DNA of 64,000 nucleotides from the human T2T-CHM13v2.0 reference genome, Homo sapiens: the NCBI RefSeq assembly GCF_009914755.1, contig NC_060931.1. One strand, 5' to 3'. Position 1 is the first letter of the stretch. Every line of letters begins with the position of its first letter. The position numbers were made by a program, and so were the translations under genes. This document shows, piece after piece, positions 48,143 through 64,000 of this stretch. The notes under the pieces are model-generated. The model was not told the origin of the DNA, did not search any database, and was given only the letters and a program-made list of their open reading frames with translations.

Positions 48143-48700
48143 TGTGAGTCAGGATTTAGTCCAGGAAACAAAAATTACATTTATTTAAAACAGGAAGATA
48201 TTTAATACAAGAGAATTTGATGCTTATAAAATAGTTGGAAGATCTAAGATATGAGTTCTAGGCTGTTCTTGCTGGAATGACTTTAGGGAGTACAGAAATG
48301 ATCCACCCAAGAGCCAGTTATAGCTAATATGGTTGCTGCAACTGTGTGTTATGAATATACTCCTCTTGCTGCAATCCAGTAATCAGGAAGCCAGAGTTAC
48401 ACTGCTAATGCTGTAGTCACAATTGCCTCTTGACACCCAGAAAATTGGAAAGTGCCACAAAAAGCACTGCTAACACCTTGCATTTCTTTATCTTTGTTTG
48501 CAGTTAAAACAGTCGAAAGGATGTAGGAAAATGGCTTCTGCTTCGCTTCTGTGTTCATTATCTTAGATGAATTGCTTCTAATTTGCAGAAGCGAATTCTC
48601 ATCCAGAATTTGAACTGCAAGAGAAATGTTTTATTATTGACCTCTCCAGTGATCTAGACTGAGGGTAGGAGGGCAGATAAGAGAATCCATACACACTATC
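48143..48700. mobile_element. Possible old ERVL-class LTR
   Basis: 'gtcaggatttagtccaggaaaca...atttaatacaagagaatt' resembles old LTR termini; family not identified. Confidence 0.35.
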
Positions 48701-48894
48701 CAACTCAGTTCATCAATTTGATTTCTCACCACTCACACTCACTCTTCCATTCATGCTTAAGTTTCCAAATGGCAACACTAGTGGTGAAAACATGCTGCTG
48801 TCGTTCATACACAGGAAAAGTAGTTCACTTCTCCTCCAAAGTGAGTGAGAGCAAAGTCACTGTACCCAGTGGAGAGACTTTTCTATCCCATAGA

Positions 48895-49078
48895 GATACA
48901 TACTGAAGTATTCGCATATTGTCTGGGATTTGCTTTAAAGTACTCTGGAAAAAAAAGAGGGGGAGGGAGAGATGAGACTTCATGGCAGAAATGTTGATAA
49001 TTATTGAGAATCAATTATGAGCATATAGTGGTCCATTATTTTTCTCTGTTTTTGTATATGTTGGAAAATTTCCATTAT
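48895..49078 (+). mobile_element. L1MC/ME 3' terminal fragment
   Basis: 'gtctgggatttgctttaaagtactc...tttttgtatatgttggaaaatttccat'. Confidence 0.7.
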
Positions 49079-49522
49079 TAGTAATGGAAATTTTATATAT
49101 AAATGTATCTGCTTTTCTTTAACTGAAAAAAATTGAGATAACTATACAAAGAATATTGATTCTCCTTGTTTTCTGAAATTTTTAAATTAGTGATTACATT
49201 CATAAATATAAAGCATTGTCACTCTTGGCCTGTTATTTTAAAATGAAAATGTCACCTGGAGTTATGATAATAATTATTAGGACCACATGTGTTATGACCA
49301 AAAGTGATTTCATATCTATTTTAATGAATTAGGATTAGAGGAGTTAAATAATCAACTTAGTACATCTGAAAGGTTCATGGCTGAATCTTCTTACTCTAAA
49401 TACCAGGTTTGCACTATTGTAATATCCTTAAGTTGCTCTCTATCATTAGCACCTTTGAATATGCTCTATTCATACATTTTCTTTCCTTAGCCCTTGTTGA
49501 GAATACAAATCTGAAAGAATGC

Positions 49523-49569
49523 TGTGTGTGTGCGTGCGCGCGTGTGTGTGTGCGTGCACACACGTGCAC
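49523..49569. repeat. (TG/CG/CA)n alternating purine-pyrimidine tract
   Basis: 47 nt of uninterrupted YR alternation with 6 CpG. Confidence 0.95.
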
Positions 49570-49655
49570 TTTAACACTGGATTAATATAAAAATTAGATA
49601 TTGAGTCTCCCAGTTTCAGTTCTGACATTTTAAGATCAAGGAAGTTGTTAATCTT

Positions 49656-49955
<300 letters not shown>

Positions 49956-49959
49956 AGAC

Positions 49960-51905
<1,946 letters not shown>

Positions 51906-52266
51906 TCAGAAAGGTGGATTTTGAAGCAAGGTTGCATATATTCTATGACATGTAATTGTACCTTCAATTTCACATAGATGTTTTAAACACCTACCATATA
52001 GCATGTTTTATGAAAGATAATACAGATAAATAAGACCTAATAACTTCTCTCTCTCCCCCAGTCAAATAACTAAAATCTAGTAGAAGAAAGTAAAAAAAGT
52101 GTATAAGTAAAAATATAACACAGATTTTAAAGTATCCTAGGGAGGTACCAAAAAAAAAAAGTGCTATAAGGGATTTAGAGGAGGAAAAGATAGCATGGCT
52201 GAGTCAGTAACGGCTCCATGCATGATGATGTTAAGGAGTTATTTTACTTATAAGCAGCCAGCATCC

Positions 52267-52320
52267 TTTGAGACCAGCCTGGGCAATATAGGGAAACCTT
52301 GTTTCTACAAAAAAAAATTA
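52267..52320 (+). mobile_element. Isolated ~50-bp AluJ left-arm fragment
   Basis: 'tttgagaccagcctgggcaatatagggaaaccttgtt' is identical to 49733-49769. Confidence 0.85.
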
Positions 52321-52639
52321 AAAATAATACAGGATATTATTTTAATAATAATAATACAGGATGTACTCCTGTTGCCCACAGGAGTTGACTCAGAACTTGA
52401 CCTTTGTTATTTTCCTCTCGTTTCTTGAAATTTGTATCTTCTCCCTTACTCAGGTTATTTTGCTTTCTGTTTTACTGAGAAAATAGTGATCATAGAGAAC
52501 TTAGGCCATCTTTATCTCCATCCTTTCCCTTGTGCCACATCTAGATTTCACTAGGCACTTTTCATTCTCTGAAGAAATTGTTTAATCTACTCTCGAATTT
52601 TAGTTACTGGCTTGTCTTGCATGATTATTTTGATGATCT

Positions 52640-52810
52640 GTTGAATTTTTTCCCCAATACTGCCCTCCCAGCATAATATGCATTCTCCATGAAAGAGATT
52701 AATCCTCTCTCTCCCTGCTGAAAATCCTCTACAGTTCTCACCTTGGCCTCCAGAATAAAATCTACCTCTTTAGCCTGTCTTTCAAGGGCCTTCTTATTCT
52801 GCCCCAAACT
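52640..52810 (+). mobile_element. L2 fragment
   Basis: 'ctccctgctgaaaatcctc...cagaataaaatctacctctttagcctg...caagggccttc'. Confidence 0.6.
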
Positions 52811-53728
52811 ATAGTTTGTGATTTCTGAGAGGAGATATCCCATGAAATATTTTCCAAATTTATTTGACAGAAATATCCACTTTGTATCTCCTGGGTCTCT
52901 AATGTTTTGCAGAGTACAGTTTGGGAAATGCTGGGATTGAAGGAAGAACGTGAACATTTGGGAAAGGGAACAGGAGGGAAATGCATGACTAAGGTCATCT
53001 TAGTAGTAATGAGCATGGAGAATAGCCCAGCTGCATATGAGGTTATGACATACATTAGTAGACGAATCTCAAAATGCTGATTTCTTCTCCAAGGTTTTTA
53101 GAATGATCCCCTGCGTCTGTTTGTAATCTGCAGAGACTGTCATGCAGAAAAATAGGAGGAAAAACCTTTCCGCTCTGAATCTCAGGAGAAAAAAAGATTT
53201 TAATCATGTTTCTGGAAACTTGCATTGGTAGAATTTAAAGTCTTCCAGAGAGCTCAGTTTTATTTCATTTGTTATCATATTTCATCTTGACAATGTAAGT
53301 GTAGATTGTTTGACAAATTTAAGAAGAATGTGTTTTCATTTCTTATGCATTTTTGTGCAGCTTTTCTATAGCCTCCCTAAATACTATTTGTATTTATCCA
53401 ATTGTCACTCTAAAATATGAATGTATACTTGTTAATGTTCCTATTGCAAAGGCTGTGCTTCGTTCAGTTTTCTTTTATTTGTAGTTTCTCGTAACTAGAA
53501 ATCTCATGCTTTTCTGAAATAGGAATAATTGAATATTTATTGACATGTCCTTAAGGAGTACTATATCACTCTGAAGTGACTTATGGCACATCAAAAATAT
53601 TAACTATACATTATTACTATACATTATTTTACTTATTATTATAATTTAAAATTTCATTATTTCCTGAAAATTTTTTCAGTGAGACTTCCAGAACCTGTGC
53701 TGGAAGGATAAATTTGAGATCTATTTGC

Positions 53729-53743
53729 ACACTAGGTGGTGCA
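53729..53743 (+). promoter_or_regulatory. Candidate CTCF core motif
   Basis: ACACTAGGTGGTGCA versus consensus CCASYAGRKGGCRS; motif only. Confidence 0.4.
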
Positions 53744-55256
53744 AATAGAAGTTACAACACTTTACATGGCACCTTTATTTAATCAGAGGTCAAAATACAT
53801 GGCCAGTAATGTAGTACATCCTTGGGAACAGGACATTATTTGCTTCACTCACTGGTGGGGAGAGGGTCCTACCATCCATCTCGAGGCGCTTGGGCAATAG
53901 GTTTTACTTGGGAAGGTGATGTCAGGGAAGGCAGGTAGCCAGGTGTGCTTTTACTGCCCTCAGGGAGTTCCTAGTCTACTTGTGCATGAAATAGACCTAT
54001 ATGTAAGCATTTAAGATGATACCAAAAATATTCCGTTTTCCAGGAGGTGTGGAGTTGTGAGTAGACAAGGAAGAATAAGCATTTAAGGAATACGTGATAC
54101 TCATGCATCATGTGCAGTGCAATGGGTCTTTTTCTGAAATTTTGTCTACACAACCTAAAATTCCTACTTATGCTACTATTTTTAAAAACTGATATGTTTT
54201 ATTAGAAGAGTCAGATGACATGTCTGTTTAGAAGTAGAACTTTTTATATCAAATGAATTTAAGAATGCTATCTTATGACCTTGTTTTTGCATGAAGGCAT
54301 CTATACCATTTTTCATCTCATCAAGTGAAAATACCAAATTTTGGTAAAGTTGTACTTCATTTATGATGCCTTGAAAAATAAACCATACACGTGATTCATT
54401 TATTACACATTTAGGCTGTTGATAGTGTGTCAGTTTTATTATGCAAAATAATATCTTTCTGTTCAACACACCTGCTCTTCACAGGTGTATATTAATGAGG
54501 ACTTCATGATGTGTTGATCTAAAGTAAAACTTCTTGTCGATGTTGAATTTAGTCAATAGGTTATTTTTATGCTCAAGAAAAGGTGAAAGATATCATCAAG
54601 CTGACAAAATACAATGGTTTTTGTATCATCTACATGTTAAAATAAATTTCATGTTTTGAAATAATCCACACATTGAAATAAACAGAGTTTAGCTGATGAC
54701 TCTCACTTTGAAATTTTATTTTTCTGGTACATCTAAAAGTATATTTTTGTTAAAAAAAAAAGTCCCTTTAAGACAGATTTTAGGTACTCCATTTGCTACA
54801 CAATTTCATTAACTTAGAACCATATTTTTAAAATGTTTTCTCCACACAAGTAAGATACATATGGAAAATTTGCTACTATGCAGTCCCTGTAGCATATATA
54901 AAAAATGAGGCTGCTAAATTAGGTCTTTTCTTCTTTACCTTCTTTAAACCTACGTTATTCTTTTGTGATATTTCCATCACTTAAGGGAATGAGATTTCAA
55001 ATTAAATTCTAGAGAGACTTAAATTCCCCTTGAGTTTTCTTTTACTTGAGGTATGCCTATGCTATGGGGTAATTAGTGGTACCTCAGTAGGATAATATAA
55101 GCAGAGTGGTAAGACATATCTGCCTTGAATAACTGTGTGAGAAAAAACAGGCACATTTCACTAAATACCCTTGCTTGTGCTTTCTATAAAATTAAAATAT
55201 TTTGGACAGTAATAACATACAACACAAATGAATAAAAACTTGTACATGATGTTTTG

Positions 55257-55609
55257 TGTGGAGTCCTGATAAGTAAGCAACAAGGAGGAAGGGCCCCAGA
55301 TGGGGAAGAACAGTGAACAACTGTTCTGAGAGATGGCTAATCACAAACAACACAAGGGCACAGTGATCTCGACCTACTTCTGCAGGCACAGTGACCTTGT
55401 TCTCCAGGTACCCCCTCTAGCATGACCCTGTAAAACTTCCCTCCAGCCCCTGCATCTTTGCGGACAGCCCCCTTCTCTGCTGTGCTGCCTGTCTTACAAC
55501 ATATTTTCATACTTTCTCTAATAAATCTGCTTTTCTTTATCTACTATTGTCTTGTTAAATTTCCTTACTGCCTGTGCCACCGGGCCCAGATAGTCACTAG
55601 CTGGCAACA
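55257..55609 (+). mobile_element. Solo ERV1 LTR (MER83-like)
   Basis: TG...CA termini, TATA-like 'ctgtaaaac', AATAAA, TSD tttg/ttta. Confidence 0.75.
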
Positions 55610-56380
55610 TTTAGGGAATTCTAACATCAAATTCCTCTAACGATAAACTGTTAAAACATCATCTCTAGACCCAGTCTTAACTTTCCTCTTACTGGCTACT
55701 CCATGCCATTTGTTTTGTACTCTGATTCTTCCAGTTCTGTCCTGAAATACCTAAGCCTCTTGTTCATTAATTTTCTTAGGGTTTAAAGTACATTAATATC
55801 AGAAATAAGATTAGTGGATCACTCCTTAGTTTGATCAAGATTTAAATCCTTCTTATTGCAGAAGCACAACAATACATTGGAGACTGCTTCAAAACTCAAC
55901 TGAAAAAGAGAAAAATCAAAAGAAGCCTTAGGCTAGGTGAACAGGAAATGAGGCAGTTACAGTGTTTTAGTTGTTTGTCCTTTATTTCTGGAGGGGGTCT
56001 GCCAGTGGCTGTTCTAACTGCTCCCTCTTGCCTCAGATCTTGAAAGCCACACTTTATCCATCATTCTCACCTATTTACTAAAAAGAATGAGCCACCTGAA
56101 GGGACTTCCCTCTACTTTCTCCTCCTCTACCTTAACTGTGGCTCTTTATACTCTTTTCCTCCTGTGTTTCCTCTGCTTTATGTAAGTAATTGAAGTTTAA
56201 AAGAAAAAAAATATGAACATTTTTGCCCATGCAGTATCATTTGCAAGATCAGGAATATTATCTCAAGTTTCTAACTTGAAAGGGTCTAATGAGTCTAAAA
56301 GAGAAAAAAGCTGAAAATGTCTTGAAAAGTAAGGGACTATACAATCAATAAGCTGATATTATTAACTATTTTTTTCAGGA

Positions 56381-56705
56381 TTTTTTTTTTTTTTTTTGAG
56401 ACAGTCTTGCTCTGTCATGCAGGCTGGAGTTAAGTGACACAATCAAACCTCACTGCAGCCTCAAACTCCTGGGCTCAAGCAGTTCTTCCAACTCTGCCTC
56501 CCAAAGTGTTGAGATTACAGGTGTGAGCCACCACACCCAGCTAATTAAATATATATATATATATAATATATATATATTTTTTTGTAGAGATGGAGGTGTC
56601 TCACTGTGTGGTCCAACCTGGTCTGGAATGCCTGCGCTCAAGTGGTCCTCCCTCCTCAGCCTCTCAAAGTGCTGGGATTTACAGAGTGAGCCACTGTGCC
56701 TGACC
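56381..56705 (-). mobile_element. AluJ with (AT)n in linker
   Basis: 'cactgcagcctcaaactcctgggctcaagc'. Confidence 0.92.
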
Positions 56706-56930
56706 TCAGTCTTTGATTTTGACATAGTTTGACCCAGTTTTTGTTAGTGGAATAGGTTTGGTTTTAAAAATTTAAGTGGTTTCAGTAAAGGGCAATAAAA
56801 ATGATGAAAATAATAGAAAATGGGTTCTAGGACTAGAGTTGAAAAGGCTTGGGTCTTCATTTTGTCCTTAGAAAATTAGGTAAGATGATTGACTCCTTTT
56901 AACTCCTTCAAGCATGTGAAATAATATATT

Positions 56931-57688
56931 TGTTAGTGGTGGCAAATATCCGAGTTACTGGCAGCAAAGCTATACGAATCTATGGCAACCTCAATTCTTG
57001 CTTCCTAAGAAGAAATAATTCGACCGAGGGGCATGCAGTGGAAAAAGAGACCAAGGCAAGTTTCCGAGCAGGAATGGAAGTTTATTAAAATGCTTTAGAG
57101 CAGGAAACAAAGGAAAGTACACTTGGAAGAGACCTAAACGGGCACTTTGGAGGTCAATGGTGGCGTATGACCTTTTGATTTGGAGTTTTATATGTTGGCA
57201 TCCTTACAGGGCCTTGTTTACCTTTTCCCATCTCTTAGGGTGGGCTGCCCGCATGCGCAGTGGCCTGCTAACCCTTGGGAGGTGAGCATGCGCAGTGTGT
57301 TTAAGAAGTTGTACACATGCTCACTTGAGGCTTTCTTCCCTTTTTCAGTGGAATGCCCCTGGAAGGTCATACTCTGCCATTTTGTCTCTTAATGCACATG
57401 CCCAAGCCTACTTGCCCAATTCCTGAGCTGCCAGTTACCAATTTCAAGTGTTTTTATCTATTGTGAAATTGCCTCTTTTTGGCGCCTGTGACCAATGATC
57501 ATTTTTAGAGAAGTGGTGTGTCAACTGTGGGACCATCACCTGATGGTTGCCTGACATTTCTAGTGGGCGAGGGGAGCCCTCTTCTGCCCTGCTCATGCCT
57601 AACTACCTACTGTATGGTTGCCTGACATTTCTAGTAGGCGAGGGGAGCCCTCTTCTGCCCTGCTCATGCCTAACTACCTACTGTAATA
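56931..57688 (-). mobile_element. MER50 solo LTR (ERV1) with a 71-bp tandem duplication
   Basis: Reverse complement starts 't(a)ttacagtaggtagttaggcatgagcagggcagaagagggc'; 4-bp TSD tatt at 56927-56930 and 57689-57692. Confidence 0.85.
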
Positions 57689-57808
57689 TATTGATGCAAC
57701 AAAAATCAAATGGAGAAAATGGGCTTATAATGGAGCAACAGAAAATAGTTAATTATAATTTCTGAATTTAACGGGTTATTAAACACATACCAGGCTACTA
57801 AAGAAGGC

Positions 57809-58226
<418 letters not shown>

Positions 58227-60318
58227 AAGATTAGGTAGTATTTCTATTAAATGTTTCAGATATTGTATTTTCTAAAAGCAGATAACCCGATGGCCTTTGG
58301 CATTGCCTAAAACCTTTTGGACTCTGCTATTTGATAACACGGAATTGTGGAATATCATATGAAACTCTTATTTTTCTCTTCTGTTGTATTTAAATTCTTT
58401 CTTAATATGCACATTTTCTAAGAAGATACTTTTTAAGAGAGAAAAGATAGAGGCCTGCATGGGTAATACTTGGATTGAGCCCAGGGAATTCTCTGTCATG
58501 CATTTTAGCTATGGGGACATCAGCTGCTACTTATTTGCTACTGATTTCTCACTTCCTTCTTTTTCATACCAGCTTTCAATTGCTTGTTTCTAAACAATGC
58601 GTTATCTTTGATTAAATTAGACCAGTAATAAAAGCTCGTGAATCCTTGAATGAAAAGCACACATTCTGGTCTTCTTGACCCTGCATTCCAAAATTATTCT
58701 CTAATGTTTATAACCACCTTGGTAGATAAAGTCTTCTTTTTCCTTCTCAGAGAAACGGTTTGCAGCCAACTGTGACCACTAAGCTAAATCTATTGCGGTG
58801 TTTGTAATTGAAAGCTTTTTGTATGTCTTGGTTGTGGTGCTGGGCTCTCTCCTGGATTTGTTGATTTCAACAATGGAGTAATTCAGGAGAACAGAGAGGG
58901 ACCAGTTAGAGCTCTCCAGGTTCTGTGTAACACACACCATAGTTGGCAGCAGCTGAGATTTGCTTCATATTTATCTCTAAGGGCGTTGTGGTGGTTCCAG
59001 CCCCAAGATTAAAGTCAGCATGTCATCTCTTTTTATTATTTCGAATGGCTTTTTACTTTTATAGTATACATGAATAAATTTTATCAGCAGGGACTATTAA
59101 GCAGTGTTTCGGCACAAATGCTTTAGAGTACATTTTTTAGTTGATGTGTACTATGCCAGTTATAGAGAGCTGTCAATACAGTTTCAGTCTTCAGTGACAA
59201 AATCTATCATTTTCTAACTTGCTAGAAACCTTTCTTTTTAGAAATTCACTTTTTGAGACATAATGGCTTCAATTCTCCAGGATCTTTTTCTGTCTGTTTT
59301 GAATGAGCTTATTGTTTATTCACAGTAAAGAATGTTTCTGATACTGCTTTGTTGTAAATATAGTTGAGTGCCCTAGCTGACATCCTTGTTGAGCCCAAAA
59401 AGACTGTTTGAGTACACTTTTTGTCAGGTGGTACCTTTGCTGAAACTGAAGAAGGAGATTTTGAAGAATTTTCTTGATTTCACCAGATTATTTTAATGGC
59501 CTTAAATTTTCCATTTAAATTTGCAATAACTTTTGCCAGTTATAGAGAGTGATTCATTGGGGACCACTTTATCTTTTGCATTGTGGTATGAGGCACAGAT
59601 GTAAAGGGGACACATTCTTGGGGTAGCTTTTTCTATTAGGCCTTTGCAGTTGGAAGTACTCCATATAGAAAGTGTTTGAAGTTTTTACAAAAATGTATGC
59701 TGTAGGCTGAACAGATAGAACAAACTATAAGTATAAAAACATGCTGGTTAATAAATCTTTCCTGTTTTTCCTTAGACAGAATTCAGTTTTATTTGTATTA
59801 TTAAACAAGAGTAAGACTTTAATTATACTTTCCCAAGTAGAATATTTATTTTAAAAAGGAATAGCTGTTAACAGAATAAGAAAACTTCATTATATTTTTA
59901 ATTACTCATCTAATTTTATGTAAAATGAAATGTACATTAAATGGTAGTACATAAAGTCCAGCATAAAACTGCCTATAGTACAAATGTTGATATTTATTTC
60001 TTGTTCACTAGGATGACAAAAATTGAGAGCATTTTCTCCTTAATAGTTAGCATCTATTAAGTCTAATTTATGGCTTCTTGTAATTCATTCATTTATCATT
60101 TTTAAGTATTCATTCAACAAAAAGTTACATAACAAAGTTTTAAGATAAACAGGATCAGATCATACTTAGCCTCAAAGAAGTAATCTGAGAAGTTTGGATA
60201 TGAAAGATAAGGAAATACTATATGATGAGTACAATAATAGAAATATTATTATAGCAGTGTCTTGGAAGAGCAAGTAATTGGCTTGAGTAGTTAAGGGTAA
60301 ATTTTCTGGAGAAATTAA

Positions 60319-60677
<359 letters not shown>

Positions 60678-61196
60678 CTATGACAGCTATTATTTTTAAT
60701 TACTGTGTTTTTATTGATATAACCATTTATATAAGTGTATCTGTTATTTGAAATTATTTCAGTTATATCTATAAATTTACAAATACTGAGAAGTAAAAAT
60801 GACTTGGGCATTTCAAAATCATGTTCTACAATGTATTGAACAGTTGAAAAATAAAGCAAAAGAGAATAAAACAAACACAAACAAGCACAGGGAGAAGTCT
60901 GGTCAGACCCTGGGCTATCATGCTTCTGTTTGTGTGACCACTGGGTGCTTGGTTGTAGCATCCCAAACCCACACCATGCCGGAAAGAGATATGCATAGGA
61001 GTATGTAGAAGGTCACATGTGGAATAAACTTCATCAACAGTCACTTCCAGGCTCCATATATTAAAATTTCAGGGATTAAGATCAGAAGGAATTGTTCCAA
61101 TTTGTTTATTTTGGAGAAGAAAGGTCAATTTTTACCTCCAGGGGATAAACCACTAATTTGCGAAGAGATTGGGTTAAAAAAAGAGGACCCCACCTA

Positions 61197-63420
<2,224 letters not shown>

Positions 63421-63659
63421 CATGTCATTTCAGAAAGAGGAAATAGTATGTATAAATTTACTGAGGTATGAAAAAGTATACTATTTTCTGGGGTTACCCA
63501 GTTTGCTACTATTGGAACATACCATTCAGAGTTAGAAGATAAAACTGGAGAGGTATTTAGAAACTCAATTACAAAAGATCCTTTATGCCAAAACAACAAA
63601 AAAAGTCAGCCATGACCATCACTATTTATTGAACATCTACAGAACCAGATGCATTAAAA

Positions 63660-63972
63660 TTTTTTTTTTATTTTAATTTTTTTTTTTTTTTTGAGACAGA
63701 GTCTCTCTCTCACTCAGGCTGCAGTGCAGTGGTGTGATCTCAGCTCACTGCAACCTCCTCCTCCAGGGTTCAAGTGATTCTCCTGCCTCAGCTTACTGAG
63801 TAGCTGGGATTACAGGTGCACACCACCATGCCCAGCTAACTTTTGTATTTTTAGTAGAGATGGGGTTTCGCCGAGTTGGCCAGGTTGGTCTTAAACTCCT
63901 GACCTCAAGTGATTCACCTGTCTCGGCCTCCCAAAGTGCTGGGATTATAGGCAGGAGCCACTGTGCCTGGCC
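63660..63972 (-). mobile_element. AluS
   Basis: Full Alu; TSD cagatg(c/a)att. Confidence 0.95.
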
Positions 63973-64000
63973 CAGATGAATTTTATAGTCATTGCCTCTC

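Noticed and set aside
59428-59480. Coding-looking GGTFAETEEGDFEEFS* after 'tttttgtcag'
   Set aside because: Weak acceptor, short, no recognised homology; would need RNA data.
59776-59810. 35-nt cryptic exon (ccttag...GTAAGA)
   Set aside because: Very AT-rich and not a multiple of three; such pseudo-exons are common.

Overview
This is AT-rich, CpG-poor primate (human-like) non-coding DNA, most likely the inside of a very large intron of a + strand gene; that is inferred from base skew and repeat orientation, and no host exon could be supported. Much of the window is interspersed repeat: about 24 Alus (J, S and Y), a full-length disabled L1PA7 (32285-39384, perfect 18-bp TSD), many old L1M fragments, LTRs (LTR40, MER50, MSTA, MLT1C, MER83-like, MER39/34-like), DNA transposons (MER5, MER20, Tigger3a), and MIR/L2/L3 relics. 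The only gene-derived sequence I recognise is a processed HINT1 pseudogene (29822-30403). It has a 5' inversion typical of twin priming and sits inside an LTR40, which itself sits inside an old L1. The other recurring signal is a set of short locally templated insertions and duplications, including copies taken from 0.9 kb and 2.5 kb away. Most ORFs in the supplied track are Alu, L1 or LTR translations or chance ORFs. Repeat subfamily names come from recalled consensus features, not from a search. I found no evidence of a novel multi-gene system.
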